From: Azolla caroliniana
Lineage: Eukaryota; Plantae; Polypodiophyta
Length of the DNA stretch: 64,000 nucleotides
Assembly: GCA_043228905.1 (NCBI GenBank)
Contig: JBHGNT010000004.1
Coordinates: forward strand, 4,960,001 to 5,024,000
Direction of reading: 5' to 3'
Part shown: piece by piece, positions 24,158 to 37,821 of the stretch
Layout of the letters: each line of letters starts with the position of its first letter
Position numbering within the stretch: the first letter of the stretch is position 1
Position numbers and translations under genes: made by a program
Notes under the pieces: model-generated
What the model was told of the DNA's origin: nothing
What the model saw: the letters and a program-made list of their open reading frames with translations, nothing else
The model's database searches: none

Positions 24158-25921
24158 ATAGGGATGCTCTTAATAATGATAAAATCTACTATCAAGATGG
24201 TAAGATTCACTTGGTCGAGACTCGACAACCACTCTTACTCAACTTCAGGCAAGGTGGAATGAAAAAGCTAATGAAAGATGTTGAGATAAAAACAATTCAA
24301 GTGATACAATCTGTGACAACCTTACGGTTGCGCATAGAAGACTCATAATAATGGTGGATCTAGCTTTTGACAAGATTTGATGGATTATGCAAGAAAATGG
24401 AAGGTTCGAGTGGATGAATTAAAAAGAGTGGGTGATAAAATACGAAACTTCACTGGATGGAATGATCCAGTAGACGCACTATCAGCATTCGTCCAAGTAA
24501 ATGCACAAGATGTACTGGTGGAAGGGAAGCAGAAGAGGGTTGAGGAGGTTGATCCGGCAAAAAGGCATGACACACAAGAACAAGAGAGAAGAGAGATGGA
24601 AAAGGATGCTCCTGAGTCAAAAGAAGTTGATAAAGTAAAAGGGAACACATACCCAACTTTCAAGCTTGCTTCGAGCTTAGAAGTCGTGATGGACATAAAA
24701 CATGTGATGGAAGAAGTTACGAGAGGGTCTGCAACAACACTCCAAGATTTGGATCGTGGCACCATTAATGTTGCAAGTTTAAAGAAGATAAATTATTTTG
24801 GGAATCATGAAGGGAATAGGAGTCATTATATAAGGAACCATTGGGCTCGAGCAACAACGAAGACACCTACAAAAATTGGGGAGCAACATATTCCTTGTAT
24901 TTCTTTGATCAATCATGGATCCGAGATTAACATTATGTCATCGGAATTTTACACTCAAGGATGGTGGCCGATCAATAAGAATCATGGGTGGAAGATAAGA
25001 GTTGTGACAGAGATGATAGAGGATCTGTTCAAAGCATGTCCCAATCTCAAGGTAACAATTGAAGATGTGTCGGTGGATCAAAATTTCTTTGTGCAGGATC
25101 AATCAACCTACCCTGTCATCCTTGGTCAACCATACATCACCGCAGTAAGGATGGAAACAAAGGTGATTAATGATGGTTCGGCTTTCACAAGGATCAAAAG
25201 TCAATATGGAAGAAAGACTACCCAATTCTTAACCGTGAGGCCTAACCATGAAAGAAACAAAAAATACTTGAGGGAACATCCAGTTTGGAAAGGGAATGAA
25301 GAGTTTTTCCAAGATTTTGGATGAACTTTGCACAACCAATGTGCAAGTTCAGAGGGGGTGGGTATCGTGAAGAAAATGCTTCATGATATAAAAATAAACT
25401 CAAATATTAGATCAAGTGACATTCAAAACACTTGAACCCACAACCTCGTATACCAAATATGAAGTATATACCATTACAATAAGTTATTTTTTATAATTAT
25501 ATTTACTTCATCATACTTATGTCATGTTTAACTTCATACATTAGAGCTTAGATGAGTATGATGGCTATCATGCATCACATGCATGCCATGCACCCTCATA
25601 TCATCATATGCATGAGAGAACCTATAAAGAGAGGCAAGGAATCAAGGGATTAATGAGGGAAAAGAAGAAAGGAATCAAGAGAAAATCATAAAATAAAAAT
25701 CAACAAGAAGAAGTTAGCTCAATCGGGAAGTGTTTTGTGTTTAGAAGTGGAAGTCGAGGGTTCAATCCAGAATTTGGTAGAGAATGGTTTTATCTTGTGA
25801 TCAAGCATTGTAAAGTTGGTAAAATCTTATATTCTTAATATAAATCATGTTCATATCATATACTCTTGCTTCTTAAATCATACATTGTCTCTGTCTCTTA
25901 TATATGATCGTCTCTCTCACA
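24158..25921 (+). mobile_element. Gypsy remnant: gag-protease ORF, PPT and probable 3' LTR (about 25367-25921)
   Basis: ORF 24377-25324 has a retropepsin-like LINHGSEINIM...VILGQPY motif. Purine tract AGAGGGGGTGGG at 25351-25362 is followed by an LTR-like region with TATA at about 25623 and a pyrimidine-rich end. LTR boundaries are approximate. Confidence 0.7.
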
Positions 25922-26429
25922 CACATTACTTTTAACTCTTCTTCTTCCTATCCTTAATCTTTATAACATCAACGCACAAGTCTTATAAAAATTTAACCAA
26001 CTCCTTTTAACCTTAGTCTCTACGACTTCGCCGCACGAACCACAACTATCCCGATAACGTCCTCATTAATAATCAACCTTGGCCTAATCAAATTCTTAAA
26101 ATGAGAACTACATAACTCAATAACCTTGATTGGGTCTACAACAACGTCATTCACTATCTTAATTTGCACCACATTTGAACAAGAATATGATGGTCTTAAT
26201 CCTTGAAAAATATATGAGATTGCGATTGATTATCTATAAATCCCTCTTTTAACTAGTGTACTCTTGCCTTATGATAACTTTGACAATACAAATTCTTCAC
26301 AATGTCTTGTAGTTGCACTTGAAGATCCAAAAGCTCTACAACATGCAAATGATTCATCAATAGTACATTGCATCGTGTAAAAATACGTGAAAACTTATCA
26401 ATCATTTGCTTACGTCTCTCTCTCTAGAA

Positions 26430-26595
26430 CATATCCATATCCATCCTTTTATAAAACATATTACACCCCATAACATTTTTGTACCATGCTATAACTCTTC
26501 TATTTATTTTTTATAATCTTATTTTTATTTTCAATGTACACCTCCCATTATTGTAACCAATTGTCTCATGGGCCAAATTTTGACTTAGAATATGT

Positions 26596-26642
<47 letters not shown>
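26430..26642 (+). repeat. Dispersed repeat with LINE-type 3' tail ending in (TC)n
   Basis: Inverted homologue of about 37822-38030; ends GTCTCATGGGCCAAATTTTGACTTAGAA followed by (TC)n. Confidence 0.7.
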
Positions 26643-26655
<13 letters not shown>

Positions 26656-28003
26656 ATATATCAATCTTCTCCCTCATACACAAACATATATTTAACACAT
26701 ATTGCTTCTACTCCTTGATCACACATGTAATTAAGAATCACTTACATAATTAGTGTACCAGTTACACATCATTAGTACCTAATTATTACATATGTAACTA
26801 TCTACAATAATTGGTCATGAATAGAATGTGTGGATGATGGAATCAAAACCCCTTGAGTTTTAACCCCTTTATTAAAGCATAAATAACAGAGTTATGAGTA
26901 GGGGTGAAATATATGGATATTGTAGACTTTACTATTATCCATGTGTCAATGCAAGCAAAATAAGTCATGAGGCCAAATCAAGAAAACATCCACGTGGATT
27001 TAAACACATGAGAATCATTTTAAAGTTGAGTACATGATAAAGTTGGACTTTCTCCAAATTATTGTTGCAAATCATGTCAACTGTTTTGCTTTGATTAGAT
27101 ATTGTATGCATTGTAAGCTTCTTCTATTCAAAGCATACATTGAGCCCAACACATCCATTATTACATGCAAGGGTTTCTCATTCTTTCCATGAGCTTGGAT
27201 CAAACCATACAATTAACATTGTCACATAATAAGAAAATTCCTAATAACGGCAAACTGCCTAATAATGTAAGAATAGTTGCCCATTAAGAAAATAAAAGAA
27301 TAAGCCACATTCATTTAGATTGCAACATGGGGAACCTTTACCTTTACTTCGAAAAGTCCCACGCCGCAAAGCTAGAACATCAACAGACCAAGAAACCATC
27401 GAAATTATTACGATTGTAACCGATAGCCATGTTGGGTGGATTGGAGCCTACCTATTTGATATGTAGTAGCCATGTTGGAATTTCTAGGGAAATGAAGGGA
27501 TATCCCCCTTGTCAACTATTGATATTTTTTTATGATTGGGGTGGATCTCCGATCGGACTTGGACTCACGTATTAACACTACTCGACTGCGTGGCGGATGA
27601 TTAAATGAAGAATTTGGACCCGCTGAACATATTGCGCAACCACTCTCTGTCCAGCTTCCAATCTCCCTATAGTCATGTCAGGTGTCATCTCCATCCGTCG
27701 AGAAGACTTAGAAGCCCACAACTCACGACGCCTTCTCAATCCGTCAAACTTGTGTGTTGTGGTTCCAATCACAGAACCCTGAACACATCGGATGAGTCAA
27801 CCCCTCCCCTCTCCCCCAAGGCCTCTATTCCCTTACAAACACGCGCACACACAACAGAAGGAAAAAAAATTACATAATGGCCGAAAGTTTCAAAGGAGAT
27901 ATACGGACTAGGCTCTCTCTCTCTTTTTTTACCCCCATGAGGGAGTAAGAGGTTCTTGGGATGTAACATTCTAGGAGTCACAACAAACATGGGGATGTGT
28001 TTC

Positions 28004-28050
28004 TTCTTTCTTCTTCTTTCTTCTTCTTCTTCTTCTTCTTCTTCTTCTTG
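28004..28050. repeat. (TTC)n microsatellite
   Basis: Direct reading of the sequence. Confidence 0.9.
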
Positions 28051-28464
28051 GGGTGTCAACGCATAGTGAAGGCCCAACAAATGGAGAGCATATCTTTTCA
28101 AGATCTCAGTTTAAACACAAAGAAAAGAAAAAGGCACCCCTCACCCCATATAAACGTGATGTGTTGCTAGTAACTGTAGAGAGAGAGAGTAATGGTGGTG
28201 GCAGTAATAGTGGTAATAGAAGTATGTACATAATAAGAACGTGAGGTTGGGGAACAGTTAGTTTTGGCTAGAGAGAGAGAGAGAGAGAAAGAGTTTCGTT
28301 TTTCAGTTACACAAGGCATAGCAGAAGAGATTGTTTTCTTCTTTCTTCTTTTTATTACTCTCTCTCTCTCTCTCTATCTATCTCTTTTTCTCTTTTCTTT
28401 GCCTCCTTAAAATTTGAAGGAAGGCGCCTTTTCTTTCACTTGTCTATTACACAAAGCAATTTCC

Positions 28465-31400
28465 ATGGCCACCTCAGGTCCTTCTGCATCCCACCATCTC
28501 ATGGCTCATTCTTGTTGCCTCCTTCATTTCCTACTACTCCTCTTGGCCGCCGCCCATTCATCCATCCCTGCTGCTGCTTCATCGTCCACAGTTTACATTG
28601 TTCGATTGAAGGGCCATGAGCCCCTCGCCGCACACCCAGATGGCATCTATTCTCAGTCAGGCACACCATCAGATTTCCTAAGGTAATCTATGTATATGTG
28701 TCTACTCTGTATGTATGTATGTATGTATGTATGTATGTATGTATGTATGTATATGTATGTATGTTGATCTGTTGATGATGCATGCAGCAGCCCATGGAGG
28801 CGGGAGTACTCCGCGTTGCTGTCGACGGTCCATGACACTGTGCTGGAGGAGTCCCTTGGTGGGCAGCAGACAAATGGAAAGGGTGCCTACCAGAAGCTCT
28901 ATAGCTACACCACCCTCCTCAATGCATTTGCAGTCAGACTCAATGACCCCATCCAGGTACCTCTACCCTCATGGAAACATATACACACATACATATCCAT
29001 ATGGACACGCACACACGAAATATCTATCGACCGAGTATCCATCATATCTATAGATAGATTATACAATGCTTGCATCAGGCTCATACAGATCATATCTATA
29101 GATACATATAATACAATGCTTGCATCAGGCTCACTCTCGGAACGCTTAATTTGTTTGCGATTCGTACAACAATTGCCCAACAAGTCGTGTTTTGTCCCCT
29201 CGGAATGTCTTTCTTTTATCTTGACATTATACAGAATCATTAGGTTAAGAAGTCAACCAATGAAGGATGAGCCAAAGAATAGAGGTAAGACCCATATGTT
29301 TGGACACTTGAAAGCATAACCCCCAATCTTGCAATATATTAAGCCATAAATTATACTATAGTTCATACATTGATCCAAGGCATAATCCTATTCTTGCACC
29401 ATATTGGGCGATAAATTATAATATAGTCATTTCTAAATAATAACCGTCTCTTTTATTGATCCAAATCACGTGAATATCGATTGAAAGATATGTTGATGGA
29501 TCTACCATTGATTGTTAACTCGCACACATGCACATGCACACCCCGAACTCATTATATAATATTGTAAAGGAGGGGTTGTGTGAGGGGTAGGGGTGACGAC
29601 AGTGCATCCAACAATAGCATCAATCTTTATATTTTAATTCTTATGATGCCAATTTCATTGAACTAACTTTCTTGTGGCTTACCATGCATCAATTCACCTT
29701 GTTGAAGTCATGATGATATCTCGTACTAATGTAATTACAAAGGCAAACATTTCACAACATATATGATTTGGACAATGTTGATTCCATGTATTTCAAGGAA
29801 ACAATCCCAAATTTTCGTTGTCATCTAACACAATTTTTTCATTGAATTCTAATCGATCATATTTTTCTTGTACACCAACTTGAACAAATTTGTAGGACCT
29901 CATTAAAAGAAGAACAAAACCTTTATTTTAAGCTTATGAATGACCAATTTATATGAAAGGATTGAATGAGTAAGATGATTTCCTTTAAGGACAACGTTAT
30001 TGTGTTCCTACCCTATTTTTAAGATATATTTTGAAGGGGCATAATTAATAGTCTCACAATTTAAATATAGAAGATGTGCAAAGTGAAATTGCAATATATT
30101 TGAATCGCAAAATTGTTAGTGTAAATGATATCAAGCATAAAACATTTAACACCAGCAAATTGTTATGGTTCGTGATCCCAAAGTAATGTAAAGTTTTTTT
30201 TATATGAACAACATCAATCCTAAACTAAAATGTGGGCTTCATTGTAAACTCAAAAAACTAAAGGCAAAAATGTTTTGGACCAATGGATAGTTTTGAAGGT
30301 ACATATACAATCTCTAGAGGCAATTCTTTCATGTTACACTTTAATGAACGATGTTTTATTTTAGCATCATTCTAGATGTCCAACTTGAATAGGAAAAATA
30401 GGATGCATTGTAACCGCCCATTTATTCTACTAAATTAGACATCAATAGATTAATTAGAACTTCGTTGTTGGAAAGCAAAGGAAGATGTAAGCGATGTTCT
30501 TAAGGAGGATGATGATTATAAGCCTTTTTTTAATGAGTTTATGTATCTGAGGTCAAGCATTGCTAAATAGTTAGTGCTCTTGTTGCTTATAAAATCTCAT
30601 AATATATTATGTCATGTCTCTAAAATATCGAAGGATTCTTGTTGTTAGAGAAAGAAAAATGGATTCTATGCTCATCCTATGAGGTCAAATATGAACTTTA
30701 GCAATAAAGTACTGAAACATTATCATGTAGCGTGTGTGGAGTTTATTAGTGACTCTCAATGTTCAAAAGTTTACTGATGTGTAGAGAGTGAGAGAAAAAA
30801 TTTGGTGTTTGGTTTTTACAGGTTGAATCATTGGGAGCACATCCAATGGTGGCTAGCATGGAGGTGGATAGTCGAATAGCAAAGACCACCACATATACAC
30901 CCAAGTTTTTAGGCTTGTTGCAAGGTGCATGGAAGGCAAGGAAAGGCTCTATCCGTAATGCTGGCAAAGGAGTGGTAGTGGGAATGTTAGATACAGGCAT
31001 CGACCCCAAACATCCATCCTTTTTTTCTACAAAACCCCCACCTCGGCAATGGCATGGAAAGTGTACAGTTTCGCCATCTTTCCCACTTGGGTCGTGTAAC
31101 TCCAAACTCGTCATCGCGCGCCACTTTTCAAAGGGCATCATTGCCGCAAATGCTTTCAATGCCACATACGACATCGATTCACCCCTTGATGGTGATGGGC
31201 ACGGCACGTAAGTACCATGTGCAATTTTATATAGTCACCCCAAATTATTGTCCGAGAGAAACTCGTGGGCAACTTTATTGTCCCGATGTGGGGAAGAACT
31301 TTCTTTCCCGAGGGTTCCATGCATCACTCAAGGTTAATATAGCAAGCAATTTTAGACAATAGTTTTGGGCCTCGCTAGAGAGGGTAACGACCCTAGGCAA

Positions 31401-34400
31401 TGCCCCTTAGGTTATGAGCTTCTACAAGTTATACTCCCCAAAGCTTGCATGGTACATTCTCCTAGGGAGTATCTCACCCTTGTTCACCACCATTTGAACA
31501 GACATAGCTAAGGTCCACATTAAAGATGATAATGTGAGTGTTTTTATCGACCAATAAGCTCATAATGTGCGGGTATGTAATGGCCAAGTTCCAACGTGCC
31601 AATCAGAGTGTAAAAGTTTTATTGTAAGAAAAGACTTATTATACAAGAGGGGTATTCTGGTAATAACCGAAAGCTTAGTGGTATATTTTTCTGTGTTTTG
31701 CGTCAATCCGCAGGCATACCAGCTCCATCGCGGTTGGAAATTATGGTGTTCCTGTGGTGGTTTCTGGATTCAATTACGGTTTGGCTAGCGGGATGGCTCC
31801 AGGCGCTCGGTATGCATCTTTTCTTCCAACATTTAGGGTTTAAGGTTTAAGGACTTAGTTGAAAAACAAATTAAATAGTGCACAAAAGAAATAGGGACGT
31901 AGGGCTTAAATTCAAAAAGAGATTAAGGGTTTAGGCTTTAGTGGAAAAAAAGAGACCGAGGATTTAGGGTTTACTGTTAAAAAGTGATTTAAGCATTTAT
32001 CATTTTAGTGGTGAAAAATAGGAGATGAAGGATTTGGGGTTCATTGACAAAAAGTAAATGAAGAATTTAGGGTATATTGACAAAAAGTAAATGAAGAATT
32101 TAGTGTTTATTGACAAAAAGGAGATTAATGGTGTAGGGCTTAGTGAAAAAAAGGAGATTAAGGATTTAGAATTTTGAGCAAGGTAAACATGGAAACACGA
32201 AGTATTTAGATACTTATACACTGTGTGTGTGTGTGTGTAATTATGATGAGGAAACATGTGCATGTGGTTTATGATGACATCTGCCTCGTAATTCATTGAT
32301 GCCAGACTTGCGGTCTACAAGGTTGTATACAGGGATGGAGGCTACCTATCTGATGTGCTTGCTGGAGTTGATCAGGCAAGTAAATCATTCATTGATGCTG
32401 GGTTATGGGCAAAGTTCTAATTTCATTTTATGTAGGTTTCCATGTATTCAAGAAACATAAACAAGATTGTTTATGGCTAATTAAGAGATGTCTATTAGAT
32501 GGTGATTAATTATTAATCAGAAGGTGGATCTTATTAACCAAGTCATTGCATGCAAAGCATAGGGATGGATTAAAACCAAGCAATAATAGAGAGAAAATTC
32601 AGGAACTCTAAACACTAAATCCTAAGAATTAATCTAATGTGACCTCATTGATTGGCATTCGGCCTTCTCGGTGAAAAATAATTATGTGAACTTGCGTAGA
32701 ATTTTCTTTTTGTTAACACTTTAGATATTGTTTTTGGAGCTACAATTTTGAAATTATGTCAGTTGAACATGAGTCGAGAATATTAGAATACGTCATGATT
32801 CAACCTGAAGGGGCATAATCAAAGAAATTGTAGAACTTATGAGAGTGCTTTCTCTGTGAGATTGATAGTAGTTCTGTAATTGAAATAAGGATAAAATTCA
32901 CAGAGGTCATATTCTCATGTAAAACATTTCGGTTGTACAGGCCATACAAGATGGAGTGAATGTATTGAGTCTGTCCTTGGGATCTACATCAAGTGCTTTG
33001 GGAGTGCCATTTTTGAGTACATTTGATCTCGCCCTCCTTTTCGCTGTGAAGGCAGGGGCTGTAGTTGTGCACGCTGCAGGAAATAATGGCCCCTCGCCGA
33101 TGACCATGAATTCCTTTGGTCCATGGATATTGTCAGTTGGAGCCTCTACAACAGATCGCTCCTATGTGAATCCAGTCATCCTTGGAAACAAACAAGAGTT
33201 CATTGGAAGTGGTTTATCAAGTATATCTCTTTCTGCCTATGATTGATTACTAGAGACTGATGTATATCTTTCCCATATAGAATGTATCAGAATGCTTGTC
33301 AGCTCTAGGTTTAATCCTACCACACAATTTCTGCTCACAATCTAAAGAGGTTTATTGAAATTTTCCAAAAAGATATTCACATATGGGCCTTGCATCTCAT
33401 TGGTGTTGGTTTGGTTTGGTTTAACCTACAGGTGGGACACCAGGAAAGAGGGAATATTCCATGATTTACTCGAAAGATGCATATATCACTGAAAGCACAG
33501 ATACATTCGATCCAGAGTATTATTCATACTGCCCTGATGCCGAAGCATTCAATAAGACTCTTGTACGAGGGAAAATTCTCATATGCAACTTCTTACAGCT
33601 GTTTACTGGAGGGGCTGGAATCGAGATTGATGATGCGATTGTGACAGCCAAGAAATTAGGTGCAGTAGGGCTTATTATTGTTTCCCCTGAGATTGCTGAA
33701 TCTTCTCAACAGCCTAAATCAACAATTTTGGATCCTCGCCCATACTCTCTACCAACCACTTTTATCACAGATACAGATGCATCCTTGGTGAGTAGTCATG
33801 TGTGTGTGTGCATATCTGCATGCGTGTATTTTGTATGTGTGTGTATCGCTAAAATATGTGTGCAAGAAACACCATTTTAACACATTTCTTTCCATTGGGC
33901 GGTGGTTATTTTCAGATTATAATGGATTATTACAATCAAAACACGCAAAGGGATGACAGCAAGAAGGTTACACACTTTGGAGCAACAGCTTGGATCAAAG
34001 ATTCTAGAATAGCGGTATTTAAATCTGTGGCCCCAGAAGTTGCCTCATATTCATCAAGGGGTCCAGTGTATGCAAACACTGCAAGTTCAATGCAATCAGA
34101 TATCCTAAAACCAGATATATTAGCTCCGGGTAGTCAAATTTGGGGTTCATGGACTCCCACTGGTATTGATTCTGTTGGATTTAAAGGTCAGTTATACAGT
34201 TCTTATCAAGAAAACTATAAAACTATAAATGCTAAATTGATTTACAGCTAGGTTAAATATGGTACTATCCACACTTATTGAGTTTTTGTCTCTATAGGAG
34301 AGCGATTTGCTATGCTCTCGGGAACAAGCATGGCCGCGCCACATATTTCTGGGATTTCTGCATTACTCATGCATGCTCATCGCGGATGGAGCAATGCTGC

Positions 34401-35291
34401 TATACGCTCTGCAATTTTGACTACAGCTTCACAATTTGACAACCGAGGCCAATATATCCATGCAAGCCAACCCTCTAGCAATGCTTCCACACCCAACAAG
34501 TTGTCCTCACCTTTTGATTATGGAAGCGGTTTTGTAAATGCCACTGCGGCAATGGACCCTGGTCTCATATTTGATGTTGGTAAGGTTCTAGTCAAGAATA
34601 TTTCAATTTTAATAAAACTAAAAGGTTTATACATGTTTTCTATGTGAGAAAGAGCCTTGTGTTTCTCTATATTATTCAACTCTAAACACTTTCTGGAAGT
34701 GATGTGAGGCTCGAATGAACCACTTAGGTAAAATATGGGCTGCTTCAGTCTCAAAAAGCTCATTTGAGGTCATAATTTTGCAATGTGGGAAATGTGAGAT
34801 GAAGTGTTACTTGTTTTTAGAGATCAATATAGATCCCAGCCTTATTATATATCTTTTGTCTTAATGCAGGCTTTCAAGACTATGTCAATTTTTTATGCAC
34901 GGTTCCCGGTGTAGATATGAATACTGTGAAAGAGGCCACTGGTGGCATATGTGGGGCCGAGGCAGCCAGAAACCGAGGTTCTGATCTCAACATGCCATCC
35001 ATCACAATTGGGAACTTGATTGGTTCACGTCGTGTAAAACGTCAAGTGACAAGTGTGAGTCGGCACCAAGAAAGGTATCGTGTGGAAGTACATGCCCCAA
35101 GCGGAGTACAAGTTGTTGTGGAGCCAATGACTTTCACAATTCGTAATGGGGAACAACAAAGTTTCATTGTCACTCTCAAGACACTAAAGACGAGTCAGTC
35201 ATTTACTTTCGGGTCGTTGTTGTGGATTGGCAACAAAGGGCATGTTGTTAGGATGCCTGTGGTAGTTTCAGCAACATTTATGGGTGCATGA
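28465..35291 (+). CDS. Subtilisin-like serine protease (S8A, plant SBT2 subfamily-like), 10 exons, 848 aa
   Basis: Exons 28465-28682, 28791-28956, 30822-31207, 31714-31809, 32306-32375, 32941-33220, 33432-33787, 33916-34186, 34298-34579, 34870-35291 splice in frame (2547 nt). Signal peptide, I9 prodomain (VYIV..., KLYSYT), catalytic D (LDTGID), H (DGHGTHT), N (AAGN), S (SGTSMAAPH), PA domain, C-terminal Fn3-like (DLNMPSI...VRMPV). Confidence 0.95.
28709..28763. repeat. (TATG)n microsatellite in subtilase intron 1
   Basis: Direct reading of the sequence. Confidence 0.9.
31830..32180. repeat. Degenerate minisatellite (about 32-40 bp units) containing TTTAGGG-like motifs, subtilase intron 4
   Basis: Recurrent GA(A)TTTAGGG...TTGACAAAAAG(T/G)A units. 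Confidence 0.6.
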
Positions 35292-36394
35292 AATGTCCAT
35301 TTTTGGCTTTGGCGTCTTCATTGATTCTCACTCATTGTTCTGAGTTGAGCTGTAGAGAGCTTATATGCAAAGAATATTGAAATTGATGGTTTTTATTGTA
35401 TCACTTTGCCAAGAGTAGCAATCACGGTGTTTGAAGCTGAGAAGGATATGTACCAGAAATCTCAGTACCTTATTAAATTGTAAGATTAGAAACATATATT
35501 TGACAGCATTGAAAATGCTCCAAAAGGATTGAATAGAAGCTGGCGCCATAACACAAGTGATGATCATCATACTGCGAATCATTGTTGGATAAACTGTAAT
35601 AAATTTCTTCATTAATTGACAAACGAGTTGAGTGGGAAAAATTTATAGGACTTGTCTAGTTGTAAGCATGCTAATTCTATTTGGCCCAAGAGACTTGGTT
35701 TATTCATTTTTTTCTCCAAATGCCACGAAGTATTGGTTATTTCATTGAATGTGCCTTTTTGTAAATGTAAAAACAATTGTAGATTTGTATGGATGGTCAA
35801 TTTGTCTCTCTTTATCTATCTGAGAATCAATGTAACAATGCAACGATGCATTTGTTGGAACAAAGCAACACAGGAAAGTGAGGATTTCCCCAAATTTAGA
35901 TCGTCAATCCCCAAAGCAATACATAGTTGTTATGTCATTGCAAATTGATGTTTACTTTTGATGCAAAATAAACATAAAGTAATTAAGTGAGGAAAGCAAA
36001 TCTTTATTCTTATAATTTGGATTTTAATCCTATATCAAGGTTGACATCAAATCTTGAACTCTCGACTATACACTATAAAGATCCATATGTCTATTATATT
36101 CAATGAAGCATTCAAAGAAAAGAGCACAAAAACATCATTGAGTTTCATGATATGTACATCAAGCATCTAATGATATCCGGATATTATTCTATTAGTATTA
36201 ACTATGACCATACATTAATATTGTAGAAGAAAAAGACCAAATTAGTAGTTGACCTCATTAAGTCCCATAAAACATAATGTGATGACGGCCAAAAATTTCT
36301 ATAATATATAAATATATATAGTAGGACCGGAGGATGAGTGATGGGGATACAACTTTGCCCCATTCACCCACCAAGGTTGAGGAATAATGTAATT

Positions 36395-37815
36395 GAGAGA
36401 GAGAGAGATAGATAGATTATATTATCGTCTTCCGAGGTCAAATATGACCTATGAGACCAAAAAAAATACATTTCACGTGATACGTGTGAAAGTGAGTAGC
36501 GACTCTTGATGTTCAAGAACTTTACCAATGAATGTCGCAACAGAGAGTGCACATTGTGGTTGTGAGAGAAATTCGTGCAAGGATTGGGCTTGGTCGAAGA
36601 TGTGTGGAAAGCATGGTCGAATATGATCAAAGGTAGAGCATAGTATCAAAGTGTGATACTCAGACTCTCGAACTTGTTTAGTGCAAAGTGTGCATAGTCA
36701 ACCACCCTCATCACTTGTGCCCCAACGCCCCGTCTCACATCGCAATGCATGTGAGCTAAGTCTTATGGAAGCAATGGTTCGAATAGAAGCCAATGGAATG
36801 GGCTCTAATATGTATCGATGTGTATGATTTCTCCATTCAGTGAAGAATATGGTCTTGTAGTTAGGTGCAACATGTGTACTATAATGTATGAAGAGTGAGC
36901 CTCCACATTTTTCCCATGTCATGATACATTGGCGTTGCAAAAAGGCCTCATTTACAGAGGATACTAGTGATGCATCATGAAGCAAATGTGTTGCATCCCA
37001 TATACCAAACCACTTTTTCATATTTTGCATCCAACCAAAACACAAAATTTTGCTTTTATGCACCTTTTGGATCTTTTTGCTTGCTTCCCATGCGATTCTA
37101 GGAAGTTGATGTGAGGGACTTTTTTGAACCTTAAGCATGTATTCAATAACTCTTTCCATGGCCAATATCTCAATGGTAATTGATCCCATCTCAAGGAGGA
37201 GGATGTATGGCGTTTGTTCCTTAACTTGTAAAAACTTTGTAAGAAAATGTTTTTGGACATTTTCAAACTCTTTCCAAGTAGATTTAGGGATGCTACCACC
37301 CCATACTTCCACCCCATAGAGAAGCAACGGTGTCACCAAAGTGTCAAAAAGGTATTTCTTGAGGACCCAACACTTAATATCTCCACTATTGCATGTGTTC
37401 TCAAATGCATAATATGCTCACTTTCCCGCCTCTAAGCGGTGTGTAGCACATTCATTCCATCTATGATTTGAGGGAACTTCAAGGCCAAGATATTTGAAGC
37501 TTTCCACACATTCAAATGGCTCATTATTGTACATAATGCATGGCTCGTCTCTTTTTTGGCTCTTCACAAGCATAATCTTTGTTTTAGAGCTATTAACACT
37601 TAATTTGGTATGCTCGCTTTCCCGCCTCTAAGCGGTGTGTAGCACATTCATTCCATCTATGATTTGAGGGAACTTCAAGGCCAAGATATTTGAAGCTTTC
37701 CACACATTCAAATGGCTCATTATTGTACATAATGCATGGCTCGTCTCTTTTTTGGCTCTTCACAAGCATAATCTTTGTTTTAGAGCTATTAACACTTAAT
37801 TTGGTATGCATGCAA
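36395..37815 (-). mobile_element. 5'-truncated LINE (end of RT, C-terminal region, 3' tail)
   Basis: KLSVNSSKTKIM...FKYLG, LLYGVEVWG, IRLSSHALRCETGRW; 3' stem-loop at 36427-36457 followed by (TCTA)/(TC)n. Confidence 0.88.
37413..37804. repeat. 196-bp tandem duplication inside the LINE
   Basis: 37413-37608 and 37609-37804 are nearly identical; TATGC microhomology at the junctions. Confidence 0.93.
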
Positions 37816-37821
37816 AATTTT

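Noticed and set aside
27578-28244. Short ORFs upstream of the subtilase gene
   Set aside because: Driven by microsatellites and low complexity; no recognisable domain or splice structure.
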